Source: an uncultured Candidatus Binatia bacterium (GTDB taxonomy: Bacteria; Desulfobacterota; Binatia; UBA9968; JAJDTQ01). Taken from it: 64,000 nucleotides of DNA. The notes under the pieces are model-generated. The model did not search any database. It was given only the letters and a program-made list of their open reading frames with translations, and was not told where the DNA came from. Where the stretch lies: the NCBI GenBank assembly GCA_965215605.1, contig OZ244070.1:2624001-2688000 (forward strand), given 5' to 3'. Below are positions 36,318-45,813 of the stretch, one piece after another (position 1 is the stretch's first letter; each line of letters starts with the position of its first letter). A program made the translations under genes and the position numbers.

Positions 36318-36515
36318 TAGGTGATCTCGATGAGCGATAACGACTGGGACACCTTGATGCGACTAACTTCGAGGCGGGACAGGACCTCGGCCAGTTACAG
36401 GGGCTATCGAGACCCGAGGGGCAAGGGTTAGCTTCCATTGATCGGACGGACCACGGAGTTCACCGCGGCCGTGCGATTCCTCAGCTCTCTGCGCGAAAGC
36501 GCTGAGACCGGGTGC

Positions 36516-36561
36516 TCTATGCGCAGAAATGATCGCTACGCGCAGGATTTCTGCGCATAGA
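36516..36561. repeat. 15-bp perfect inverted repeat with 16-nt spacer
   Basis: TCTATGCGCAGAAAT (36516-36530) and ATTTCTGCGCATAGA (36547-36561). Confidence 0.8.
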
Positions 36562-36685
36562 CCGCTCGGATAGAGCCGTGGCGCTTGGCGGTCCGAGGCC
36601 TCAAGGCGCTTCTTGAAGCTACTTCAACATTGCTATTCGAAGTGTTACCGGGTAGATTACCGGTGATACTGTGGAGAGGTATGCT

Positions 36686-36988
36686 ATGAGCAACACGTCC
36701 CAAAGACGCGCCATTGATCGCTACCGTGAGCGTCTCGCCGAACGCGGCATGGCCCGTTTTGAGGTGCTCGGGCTTGGGACCGACCGTGAACTGATCCGTT
36801 CGGTTGCCAAGTGCCTGGCGGAAGAGGGGCCGGATGCGGATCGACTTCGGGCTGTGGTCAACGGTTGCATCGAGGGCAAATCGCCACGGAAGGGTGGAAT
36901 CCTTCAGGCCTTGCGACGCTCCCCGCTGGTCGGGGCCAACGTCATTCCTCCCCGTCCGTTCGAGACCGGTCGTAAGGTCGACCTGTGA
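36686..36988 (+). CDS. Putative antitoxin
   Basis: YRERLAERGMARFEV...LRRSPLVG. GTGA overlap with the PIN gene. TTACCGG repeats upstream may be an operator. Confidence 0.75.
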   Translation: MSNTSQRRAIDRYRERLAERGMARFEVLGLGTDRELIRSVAKCLAEEGPDADRLRAVVNGCIEGKSPRKGGILQALRRSPLVGANVIPPRPFETGRKVDL

Positions 36989-37419
36989 CTGGATATCTTC
37001 TCGACACCAACATCATCAGCAACATCACCAAACCGGAGCCATCCGACTCGTTGCTGGCGTGGATGGCAGAGCAGGACGACGAAAAACTCTTCATTTCGTC
37101 GCTCACTGTCGGCGAGATCTGGCGTGGGGTGCTGCAGACGCCTGCCGGTCGCAAGCGCGACGAACTCGAAGCATGGTTCGCAGGGCCGGACGGACCGCCC
37201 GCTCTGTTCGCCGGCCGCGTGCTCCCGTTCGACCAGAAGGCAGGCGTTGTCTGGGCAAGACTCATGGCAGAGGGTCGAGCGAAGGGCCGTCCCCGTAGCG
37301 CGCTCGACACCATTGTTGCCGCCACGGCGGAGGCAAACGACTGTGTCGTGGTCACCGACAACGAGAAGGACTTCGCGGATGTCGAGATCATCAACCCGCT
37401 TCGTTTCGTGTCAAGCTGA
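36985..37419 (+). CDS. vapC: VapC-family PIN toxin
   Basis: YLLDTNIIS, EIWRG, DTIVAATA, VTDNEKDF. Confidence 0.9.
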   Translation: MTGYLLDTNIISNITKPEPSDSLLAWMAEQDDEKLFISSLTVGEIWRGVLQTPAGRKRDELEAWFAGPDGPPALFAGRVLPFDQKAGVVWARLMAEGRAKGRPRSALDTIVAATAEANDCVVVTDNEKDFADVEIINPLRFVSS

Positions 37420-37472
37420 GGAATGGGTTGCCGATGACGGCTTCGTGCCGCCCTCATACCAAGGCGAGAGGC

Positions 37473-37718
37473 GTGAATGTTAGTGACTTGATCGAACTGC
37501 TGAAACAGTGTCCCGCCGATCTGCGAGTTGTCGTGAACGGCTACGAAGAGGGCTACGATGACCTCTCACCGGAACAGATCTCGATCGCGAAGATCAGCCT
37601 GAACACGGGAAAACATCCTTGGGAGGGAAGGCATCGAGATCCGCGTGATGTGACGGGAAGGAGCCCTGACACCCCTGACGTAATTGACGCCCTCGTCCTT
37701 CAACGGGTGTCTCACTGA
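37473..37718 (+). CDS. Small hypothetical protein
   Basis: GTG after GAGAGG. Protein-like sequence MNVSDLIELLKQCPADLRVVVNGYEEGYDD. Confidence 0.6.
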   Translation: MNVSDLIELLKQCPADLRVVVNGYEEGYDDLSPEQISIAKISLNTGKHPWEGRHRDPRDVTGRSPDTPDVIDALVLQRVSH

Positions 37719-37810
37719 TGTTGATCTTCCATCTGCTCGGCCCGTAACCTTTCACATAGCCGCTTACTAAACTTTCAATTGGCCGAGTTATTCCGGCCTA
37801 CGCTTGCGCC

Positions 37811-37839
37811 TTGACATTTCATGATACGGCATGAAAGAT
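37811..37839 (+). promoter_or_regulatory. Sigma70-like promoter with overlapping operator palindrome
   Basis: TTGACA at 37811. TTTCATG-N6-CATGAAA inverted repeat at 37817-37836, just upstream of the antitoxin. Confidence 0.55.
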
Positions 37840-37846
37840 TCGAGCC

Positions 37847-38074
37847 ATGTCCAAGACTCGTGAAAAATTCGCCACCCAGGTCAATTCCGAAATCTTGGCC
37901 GTTATCCGCGCGATCGCCGAGCAGGAAGGCCGCCAGCTTCAGGTCCTCGTCGATGAGGCACTTGCCGATCTGATCGAAAAACGAAAACAGGCCCGACCCC
38001 GACCGCAGGTTATGGCTGCCTATCTCGCGAGTCATGACAAGTACGGTGAGCTCTACAAGAAGCTCGCCCAATGA
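37847..38074 (+). CDS. Ribbon-helix-helix antitoxin
   Basis: KFATQVNSEIL...EGRQLQVLVDEAL...YKKLA. ATGA overlap with doc. Confidence 0.8.
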   Translation: MSKTREKFATQVNSEILAVIRAIAEQEGRQLQVLVDEALADLIEKRKQARPRPQVMAAYLASHDKYGELYKKLAQ

Positions 38075-38448
38075 GTGACTATCTCACGCTGGTTGAAGTC
38101 CTCGCCATTCACGCGGACCAGATCCAACGGTACGGAGGAACGGAAGGGATTCGGGATACCGGTCTTCTGGAGGCGGCACTCTATAGGCCGCAGACCGGCT
38201 ACTACGCGGATCTCATCGAGGAAGCCGCCGCGCTGTGGGAAAGCCTCCCCCAGAATCATCCATTCGTCGACGGCAACAAGCGGGTGGCCTTTGCCGCCAC
38301 TTACACGTTTCTGGCGATCAACGGAGCGCGATTGACGGCGGACCCGGCAGACGCCTACGCCTTCATCTCGGGACTGTACGAGTCCGGGACATTCCGTTTT
38401 GACGAGTTGGCGGCCTGGCTCCGGCGCCATGTCAAGGCGGATGTCTGA
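38071..38448 (+). CDS. doc: Fic/Doc-family death-on-curing toxin
   Basis: HPFVDGNKR motif and GIRDTGLLEAAL. Confidence 0.9.
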   Translation: MSDYLTLVEVLAIHADQIQRYGGTEGIRDTGLLEAALYRPQTGYYADLIEEAAALWESLPQNHPFVDGNKRVAFAATYTFLAINGARLTADPADAYAFISGLYESGTFRFDELAAWLRRHVKADV

Positions 38449-38466
38449 GGGACCGTCCGCCGCACC

Positions 38467-39399
38467 CTACAAATACCCCGCTTCCCGATAGTACCGCTCC
38501 GCCCCCGGATGCAGCGGTATGCACATCGGCCCCTCTTCCGTGTCCCGGCAAATCCGGCTCATGTCGAACCGGTCGCCGTCCACCGGCATGGTGTCTTTTC
38601 TGGCGGCGATGGCCTTGACCACCGCGTAGGCGAGGTCGTCGGGAAAGTCGGCGCGGCAGAAGAGCGGCCAGCCGCCGAACTCCAGGGCAGGAACGTCCGC
38701 GTCCAGCGCCGGGAACGCGGACTTGGGAATCGCCGATCTACGAAAACCCAATTGCTCCATTTCGGCGAAGACCGCCGGCTGCAACGGCAGGAGGACCATG
38801 TCCCGGGCCAGGGCCTCGGCGGTCCAGCCGGTGATGCCCTCGTCGAACACGGCGTCGTAGGCGCCTTGCCTGATGCCCTCCATGCGCCGCGGGTTGGCGG
38901 GGACGGGCACCTGGTCCACTGTGCCGCCCCATTGATCCACGTCCTCGAGGCTCCAGCCGCAAAGACTCAGGATCCGCCGGATGGTGAACTCCGTGGTTCC
39001 CTCGGGGCCCTGGCCCCGGGTCGACAGCCTGAGCGGCAGTTTCTTCTCGCCGACCTCCTCGAGGGTGCGCACGCCCAGGTCCTTCCTGACCGCGAAGGCG
39101 ATCTTGTCCCAGGAGGGGAAGACGGCGAGATTCCGGATGTCGATCTTCTCCGAATAGGGAGCCAGCCCGTTCAACGCCATGCGGGTCACCGGCGAAGGGT
39201 TGAGGAATGCCAGGTCCGCCTTTCCCTCGGCCAGCAGCCGCGGCGCCTCGAACCCGCCGAGGCGGCTGTTGCCGACGCCGTACGAGACGAGGATCTCCGA
39301 GCCGTCGGGCAGGTTCCGCTCCGCGAGCCCCAAGGCGATTCCGAAGGCCTCGCCGGCGCGTAGGGTCATGGTTACGGTGATCCTGATGGTCGTTGCCAT
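38467..39399 (-). CDS. TAXI-family solute receptor-like protein
   Basis: LAEGKADLA, DDLAYAVVKA, IPLHPGAERYYRE C-terminus. Confidence 0.75.
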   Translation of the reverse strand: MATTIRITVTMTLRAGEAFGIALGLAERNLPDGSEILVSYGVGNSRLGGFEAPRLLAEGKADLAFLNPSPVTRMALNGLAPYSEKIDIRNLAVFPSWDKIAFAVRKDLGVRTLEEVGEKKLPLRLSTRGQGPEGTTEFTIRRILSLCGWSLEDVDQWGGTVDQVPVPANPRRMEGIRQGAYDAVFDEGITGWTAEALARDMVLLPLQPAVFAEMEQLGFRRSAIPKSAFPALDADVPALEFGGWPLFCRADFPDDLAYAVVKAIAARKDTMPVDGDRFDMSRICRDTEEGPMCIPLHPGAERYYREAGYL

Positions 39400-39409
39400 C
39401 GAGGTTCCG

Positions 39410-41254
39410 TCAGGTGTGCCGCAGCCCCGCCAACCCGCCGCCTCCGGTGAGCAGGCGCACCAGTACGTTGGCGCCGACGATGATCATCACCAGGAAAAGG
39501 GTCACGGCGCCGGAGTGCTGGGTCATGTCCTGTTCGTTGTAGTTGAAGATCACTCCGGTGAGCACCATGTTGGCCGGCGACAGCAGCAGGATGATCAGGG
39601 ACAGTTCGCGGGTGGCGGTGATGAAGGTCAGCAGCATGCCCGCGATGACGCCGCTCGACGACATGGGTATGATGATCCTGGCCATGCGCCGGAACCAGCC
39701 GATCCCCTGGACCCGCGCGGTTTCCTCCAGGGATTTGTCGATTTGCAGTATGGCGGCGATGCCGGTGCGCGAAGTGAAAGGCAGGTTCTTGACCACCGTG
39801 ATCAGGACTAGGATCGTGAATGTGCCGTACAGCGCCGGCAACGGTCCCCATGGAGTCGAGAACATGCCGATGTAGATGGCGCCGAGGGCGATGGAGGGGA
39901 AGATGTAGGGCGCAAAGGCAACGCCCTCGAGCCACCGCGCCAACAGGGTGCCGCGGCCGCGTACCGCCGCGTAGCCCACCAGCAACCCGAGCAGGCCGTT
40001 GCACACCGCCGCGAGCACGCCCAGCTTGATGCTGTTCCCCAACGCCGTCAGGATGCCGGGGGAGTGGATGATGCCGGGTTCGCCATAGGCGAAGTCGGTG
40101 TGGCTCTCGCCGACCCAGAAGTGCGTCGTCAGGCCACTCAGGGAATAGTCGCCCGGCGTGATGACCAGAGATTCCCAAAGCAGGATCAGCAAGGGTAGCA
40201 CGACCGTCACGGCAAGAAACGCGGCGACCCCGATGGTGGCCGGCCATTGCCAAAGCCCGAGTTTGATCTCGCGTTGCCGGAAGCCCTTGCCGGTGAGGGT
40301 CACGAAGCTCCTCCGGATGCCGATCACCCGGCTGTTGATCCAGATGAACGTAATCGCCATGACGATCAGCACCAGGGCGAGGACGAAAGCGTCGCCGCTG
40401 TTGCGGGCGTTCAGTGAAGCATAGATCTGGGTCGAAAAAGTAAAGAAGCGGACCGGCAGCCCCAGCAGCGCGGGCGTCCCGAAGGTGCCGAGAATGCGGA
40501 TGAAGGTGAGCACCACGGCGGAACCGAGCGCGGGCAGCAGCAGGGGAAACGTGATCCGCCACAGCCGTTGGCGCCGGTTCATGCCGGCGATGGCGCCCGC
40601 CTCTTCCAGCTCCGAGTCCACCGTCGCCAGAGCGCCCGACATCAGCAGAAAGCCGTAGGCGTAGTAGTGCAGCGCCAGGCAGATGACGATGGGAAAGAAG
40701 CCGTAGCTCACCCAGTCGGGCGGCTGCACGCCGAAAAAACTGGTGAACATGCCCTCGGCGCCGCCGATCCGGTCGTTCTTGAAAAGACTCAGCCACGCCA
40801 GCGCCAGCACCCATGACGGCATCATGTACGGCACCACCACGAGCGCTCCGAACACACCTTTGAAGCGGATGTTGGTGCGCACCATCAGCCACGCCAGGCC
40901 GCTTCCGATGCTGACGCCCAGAATGGTCACACAGACGCCGACGGCGACGCTGTTGAACAGCGGCTTCAGGAATAGCGCCTTGGAGAGCGGCCCGGTGAAG
41001 ACCCGTTCGAGGTGGAACAGGGTGAAGGAGCCGACCTTGGCCTCCGGCCTGTAGGCGAGGTCGTAGCTCTGGTAGACCAGCGCGTCGTGGATGATTTCGA
41101 AAAGCGGCCCCAACACCAGCACGGACAGGACGGCGAGGCACAGGAGGCCCAGGATCTTCTCGGGCTGGTTCAGCAGCCGATAGAGGTGATAGGTGAGATT
41201 GCTCCGTGAAAGGAGCGGAGGCTGGCTACCGGAAGAGGCCGTATCCAATGACAT
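39410..41254 (-). CDS. ABC transporter permease (Fe3+/thiamine type, duplicated domain)
   Basis: Two EAA-type loops (LEEAGAIAG, LEETARVQG) and multiple TM segments. Confidence 0.9.
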   Translation of the reverse strand: MSLDTASSGSQPPLLSRSNLTYHLYRLLNQPEKILGLLCLAVLSVLVLGPLFEIIHDALVYQSYDLAYRPEAKVGSFTLFHLERVFTGPLSKALFLKPLFNSVAVGVCVTILGVSIGSGLAWLMVRTNIRFKGVFGALVVVPYMMPSWVLALAWLSLFKNDRIGGAEGMFTSFFGVQPPDWVSYGFFPIVICLALHYYAYGFLLMSGALATVDSELEEAGAIAGMNRRQRLWRITFPLLLPALGSAVVLTFIRILGTFGTPALLGLPVRFFTFSTQIYASLNARNSGDAFVLALVLIVMAITFIWINSRVIGIRRSFVTLTGKGFRQREIKLGLWQWPATIGVAAFLAVTVVLPLLILLWESLVITPGDYSLSGLTTHFWVGESHTDFAYGEPGIIHSPGILTALGNSIKLGVLAAVCNGLLGLLVGYAAVRGRGTLLARWLEGVAFAPYIFPSIALGAIYIGMFSTPWGPLPALYGTFTILVLITVVKNLPFTSRTGIAAILQIDKSLEETARVQGIGWFRRMARIIIPMSSSGVIAGMLLTFITATRELSLIILLLSPANMVLTGVIFNYNEQDMTQHSGAVTLFLVMIIVGANVLVRLLTGGGGLAGLRHT

Positions 41255-41280
41255 GGGTCAGGACTTCCGTTTTCTTCCGC

Positions 41281-42390
41281 TCACGCGGGCTGGCTTTGAT
41301 TGAACAGATTGTTCTCCGATGCGACGTCGAAGAAATTCATCGATTGCGCGTCGAAGTCGATCCACAGGGGGTCGCCGAGGTCCATCCGTATGAAGCCCGG
41401 TTGCAGGAGGGTGATGGAACGGTTGTCGGTCCGGGCTTGCAGGATCGTGTCGGCTCCCTTCGGCTGAACCGATTCCAGCGTTACCCTCAGCCAGTCCTCC
41501 CTGGCTTCGGTCGATACATGGATGCTTTCGGGGCGAATGGTGGCGACGAGGTCCTGCGCGTTCGCAGGCGGGTCGCCGGGGATCGGCAGCCATAGATCGC
41601 CGCAATCGAGGCCCGCCGCGCCGTCCCTCCAGTTGATTTTGCCGGCCAGCCGGTTGATCCCGGGATCGCCGATGAAGTCGGCGACGAACAGGTTCGCGGG
41701 ATGGTGATAGATCTCGTAGGGCGTGCCCTGTTGCTTGACCACGCCCTTGTCCATGACAACGATGATGTCGGATAGCGTCAGGGCCTCGATCTGATCGTGG
41801 GTCACGTAAACGGTGGTGGCGTTGAGGTCACGGTGCAGCCGCTTGAGTTCGCCGCGCATTTCCGTACGCAGCTTGGCGTCGAGGTTGGACAGGGGTTCGT
41901 CCATGAGCAGGATGGACGAGCGTGACGCGATCATGCGCGCCAGAGCCACGCGCTGTTGCTGCCCGCCGGACAGCTCCGACGGGTAGCGGAGCTGGTATGG
42001 CTTCATCTGTACCTTGTCGAGGGCGGCCTCGAGGCGCTCGGCGGTCTCGCCCACGCTCAGGCCCAGTTGCTTCAGGCCGAGGGTGATGTTCCGCTCCACC
42101 GTCATGTGGGGCCAGAGCGCGTAGCTCTGGAAGATGAGCCCGAGGTTGCGGCTCTCGGGGGGAATGATCACGCCCTTCTGGCGAGAAAAGATGAGCCTGT
42201 CGCCGAACCGGATCTCACCCGCTTCGGGTTCCTCCAGTCCGGCGATCACGCGCAACGTCGTCGTCTTGCCGCAACCCGATGGTCCCAGAATGGTCAGGAA
42301 AACACCCGGCTCGACGGTCAGGTCCAGATGCCGCACGGCGACTTCCTTGCCGTACGACTTCCGGATCCCTGTGAGATGGATCTCCTCCAT
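41281..42390 (-). CDS. ABC transporter ATP-binding protein
   Basis: GPSGCGKT, LSGGQQQR, MDEPLSNLD, YVTHDQ. Confidence 0.93.
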   Translation of the reverse strand: MEEIHLTGIRKSYGKEVAVRHLDLTVEPGVFLTILGPSGCGKTTTLRVIAGLEEPEAGEIRFGDRLIFSRQKGVIIPPESRNLGLIFQSYALWPHMTVERNITLGLKQLGLSVGETAERLEAALDKVQMKPYQLRYPSELSGGQQQRVALARMIASRSSILLMDEPLSNLDAKLRTEMRGELKRLHRDLNATTVYVTHDQIEALTLSDIIVVMDKGVVKQQGTPYEIYHHPANLFVADFIGDPGINRLAGKINWRDGAAGLDCGDLWLPIPGDPPANAQDLVATIRPESIHVSTEAREDWLRVTLESVQPKGADTILQARTDNRSITLLQPGFIRMDLGDPLWIDFDAQSMNFFDVASENNLFNQSQPA

Positions 42391-42396
42391 GCGTGG

Positions 42397-43641
42397 CTAT
42401 TTGCTCGAGTGCACCGTCCAGAAGTCCCGGACCTTGGGTCCCCGCTTCCACATGTACGCGGCGTCCACGTTCCAGCCCTCCATGTCGTCCCAGATCTCGC
42501 CGCCTGCCGGCAGCGGCACGTCACTCCGCGGGCTCACCGTACCTGGGTCGAAATAGGGAGCCAGACCCTGCAACAGGGCCATGCTGGCGCCCTTGTCGTA
42601 GGGCTTCGAGAGCTTCGAATCCTTGCTCAGCTCGAGGCTGCCCAAGAGGTAGGCGGTAAACAGCTTGGCCGCGTTGGGGTGCGGCGCCTGGCGCGCGATG
42701 GCGGTAAAGGTCGGGTAGACCAGCTTGCCCACCGGATCCACCTTGGCCAGGATCTTGTTGACATAGCCCTTGGAATCGTTGCGCGCGATATAGGTCATGT
42801 TGGCGAACGCGATCAGGGGCCTCTTCTGACCCTTATTGCCCGAGGCGCGGGCGAGTTTCGAGCCCGACTTGAAGATGACCAGGTCATTGGCGAGCATCCG
42901 CGCCCAGAACTCCTGCCCGGCGTCGGCGACCCCTTTGCTCAATTCGATGGGCTTGCCGGCATGGCGCTGATAGGCGGCCGCCATTTCATCGGGACGCTGC
43001 ATAAGGGTCATGACGCCCATCAGGGTGGAGCCCGACGACAGCGGGTTCTTCATGCCCACCCGGCCCTTGAACTTGGGCTCGGTCAACTCCCACACGTTCT
43101 TGACGGGCGGCGCGTCCGGGTAGGCCTCCCGGTTGTAGAGAAAGACCATGGCCTCGTTGACGCGGATCAGCAGCGGGTCGCGATTCTCCTTCGGGATACG
43201 ATCCTTGTAATGGTGCGGCACGTAGTTGACGAGACGGTTCTTGTTAAGCATCTCGTAGATCACCTGACCCGAATTGCCGGTGGTGACGATGTCGGCGTTG
43301 AAGATGTTCGCGTTCTGCTCGCGAATGGTCTTCTCCACCGATTTGACCGACCCCAGGTCGTGCACGGTCACCTTGATCTCCGGGTGAATCTTGGCGAACG
43401 GCTTCACCAGCTTGGCGATGCGGCCGGAGGAGGTGTAGACCACCACCTCGCCTTCGGCTTTCGCCTTGGCGACGATGTCGTCCCAGTTTTCGTCCTTGTC
43501 ATAGGGGCCGAGCTTGGCCGCCTTCAGCCAAGCCTCCATCTCGGGCGGCGGCTTGGAGGCGGCGCTGGCGGCAGTGACGAAGGAAAGGGCGAACAGGGCG
43601 GCCATGAGCACCCCGGCCAAACGCGTAATGAGCTGTTTCAT
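42397..43641 (-). CDS. ABC transporter substrate-binding protein
   Basis: Signal peptide from MKQLITR. AKAEGEVVVY, APHPNAAKLF. Confidence 0.88.
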   Translation of the reverse strand: MKQLITRLAGVLMAALFALSFVTAASAASKPPPEMEAWLKAAKLGPYDKDENWDDIVAKAKAEGEVVVYTSSGRIAKLVKPFAKIHPEIKVTVHDLGSVKSVEKTIREQNANIFNADIVTTGNSGQVIYEMLNKNRLVNYVPHHYKDRIPKENRDPLLIRVNEAMVFLYNREAYPDAPPVKNVWELTEPKFKGRVGMKNPLSSGSTLMGVMTLMQRPDEMAAAYQRHAGKPIELSKGVADAGQEFWARMLANDLVIFKSGSKLARASGNKGQKRPLIAFANMTYIARNDSKGYVNKILAKVDPVGKLVYPTFTAIARQAPHPNAAKLFTAYLLGSLELSKDSKLSKPYDKGASMALLQGLAPYFDPGTVSPRSDVPLPAGGEIWDDMEGWNVDAAYMWKRGPKVRDFWTVHSSK

Positions 43642-43814
43642 GTTATTCTCCCCCCGGGTGAATGCACCCGGTTCATCAACAAGGGCGGCGAGACTCCGTT
43701 CGCTGTCATCAAGGAACACTGCCACGCTACGCCGATTCATGCCGCAGGCGCAAGGCCCTTCACCGCCCCGGCCTGTCGCCGCGGGGACCGGACGAGATCG
43801 TGGAAGGACCACGC

Positions 43815-44423
43815 ATGGCCATCCCTCTTCCTTCGCTCAGCTTGATCGCCCGGGGTCTCGACCCCCACGGCGCCGATCTTTACATCGGCGGGACCGCGGC
43901 GGCGCGTGACGTCGACCTGTTGCGGCGGCATGACATATCGATCGTCGTCAACACCGCGGTCAACGTGGACGTGAATTACGTCGCCGCGCCGGGCGACGGC
44001 GAGGCCGGGGAATCGAACGCCGTGTGCCGTGCCGGATTCGCGCCGTTCCGGGTCTTCAAGCTGGGGCTGGTGGACGGCGAGAATCCCCCCGGCATGATGC
44101 TCGGCGGGTACTGCATTCTCCACGGCGCGCTGCATCAGACCATGCCGCACAAGGAGAGCTACCCCCCACAGGCGCGGGGCAACGTGCTCGTCCACTGCCG
44201 CGAGGGCCGCAGCCGCTCCGTGGCCCTGGCGGCGCTCTATCTCCACCTGCAGGACCCGACCCGTTTCCCCGAGCTCGAGGCCGCGGTTGCCGTGGTGAGG
44301 GTCAAGCGCGGATTGCCTCCGGAAGAGTGGTTTGAGGCGCCGAACAAGGAGATGATCGACGCCGCGGCAGAGGCGGCGCGCGCCATCCGGTCGCTGCGCG
44401 ACCACGGGGTCCTTGCAATCTGA
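43815..44423 (+). CDS. Dual-specificity/tyrosine phosphatase family protein
   Basis: VLVHCREGRSRS (HCX5R) and LYIG. Start MAIPLP after AAGGA. Confidence 0.85.
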   Translation: MAIPLPSLSLIARGLDPHGADLYIGGTAAARDVDLLRRHDISIVVNTAVNVDVNYVAAPGDGEAGESNAVCRAGFAPFRVFKLGLVDGENPPGMMLGGYCILHGALHQTMPHKESYPPQARGNVLVHCREGRSRSVALAALYLHLQDPTRFPELEAAVAVVRVKRGLPPEEWFEAPNKEMIDAAAEAARAIRSLRDHGVLAI

Positions 44424-44536
44424 GGACGCCGATTGTGGCGGTCGCAGGGCGAGACGTTCACCCCCACTTGTGCTAGCATGCCGTCTCCCTGAAGAAATAC
44501 GGTGCTCATTTCTGTTCCGAACGACAGGAGGAAACC

Positions 44537-45691
44537 ATGTCGAGCTTCAAACGGGTCGCGCTGCTGGCGGCCGGATTGGCGCTGGCGGCGGCCGCGCCCA
44601 TCGCCGGGTCGGCCGAGACCATCAAGATCGGCGTCACCCAGCCTCTCACCGGCGCGGTGGCGGCGTCCGGCAACTATGTCGCCCAGGGCGCCAAGATCGC
44701 GGAGTCGTTTCTCAACGCGTCCGGCGGTCTGTTGGGCAAGAAGGTCCAGTTGATCATCGAGGACAACAAGAGCAATCCGAAGGAAGCGGTGGCCACGGCC
44801 GAAAAGCTCATCGTGCGCGACAAGGTGCCGGCGCTCATGGGGGCGTGGAGCTCCACCTACACCCTGGCGGTGATGCCGAAACTGATGGAGTACGGCGTGC
44901 CCATGGTGGTCGAAACCTCGTCCTCGGGCAAGATCACGACCTCGGGCAATCCCTGGATCTTCCGCATCAGCCCGACCTCGGCCATGGAAGCCCAGTCTTT
45001 CGGCACCAAGGTCGGTCAGTTCAACATCAAGAAGGCCAACTTCCTGGTGGTCAACAACGATTGGGGCCTGGGGGCGTCCAACCAATTCCAGAAGATGCTC
45101 AAGAGCAAGGGCATCGCCGTGGGCGTGGTGGAAACCATGGATGCCAAGGCCACGGACATGAGCGCCCAGTTGGCGAAGATCAAGGCGGCGGGCGGGGATA
45201 CCGTGTTCGTCACCACCGGCGTCGAGCAGATCACCCTGGTGCTGAAGCAGATGAAGGAGCAGCGGGTCACGCAACGGGTGATCACCACCGGCGGTTCGTC
45301 ATCGCCGGACCAGTTGATCGCGCAGGCCGGCGCGGCCGCGGAAGGCAGCTTCCACCTGCTGTTCTTCGCTCCGTGGTTCCCGGGCTCGGCGCCCAACCCG
45401 GAAGTCGCCACCGCGTTCGTCAATGAATGGAACAAGCGCGGCCACAACTTCGCCGGCCTGACCGAGGGTTTCCGCGGCCATGACGGCATCATGACCATCG
45501 CCGCCGCCATCAAGGCCGCCGGCAAGGCCGAGCCCAAGGCCATCCAGAAGGCCCTCTGGGGGGTCAAGGTGGACGGCGTCAACGGCGACATCGCGTTCAT
45601 CAAGCAAGGCCCCAAGGGCAAGGAGAGCGCCCAGAACATTCCCAACGTCTACGTGGTCACCATCAAGAACGGCAAGGTCGCGCTGCCCTGA
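44537..45691 (+). CDS. Branched-chain amino acid-type ABC substrate-binding protein
   Basis: Signal peptide, IKIGVTQPLTG, GGLLGKKVQLIIED, WIFRI. Confidence 0.9.
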   Translation: MSSFKRVALLAAGLALAAAAPIAGSAETIKIGVTQPLTGAVAASGNYVAQGAKIAESFLNASGGLLGKKVQLIIEDNKSNPKEAVATAEKLIVRDKVPALMGAWSSTYTLAVMPKLMEYGVPMVVETSSSGKITTSGNPWIFRISPTSAMEAQSFGTKVGQFNIKKANFLVVNNDWGLGASNQFQKMLKSKGIAVGVVETMDAKATDMSAQLAKIKAAGGDTVFVTTGVEQITLVLKQMKEQRVTQRVITTGGSSSPDQLIAQAGAAAEGSFHLLFFAPWFPGSAPNPEVATAFVNEWNKRGHNFAGLTEGFRGHDGIMTIAAAIKAAGKAEPKAIQKALWGVKVDGVNGDIAFIKQGPKGKESAQNIPNVYVVTIKNGKVALP

Positions 45692-45813
45692 CGCTGTCAC
45701 AGGCGTGGCGGCTGACGAAAGCCGTCCGGCCCTGACTTGACGCACGCCTTTTCCGGAACTCCCGGGAGGGGCGTGCGCCGGGGCCGGCTCTCGCCGTTCC
45801 CGAATGTCTCGCC

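Noticed and set aside
28867-38448. Integron cassette array or prophage
   Set aside because: No integrase, no full-length repeated attC sites and no phage structural genes.
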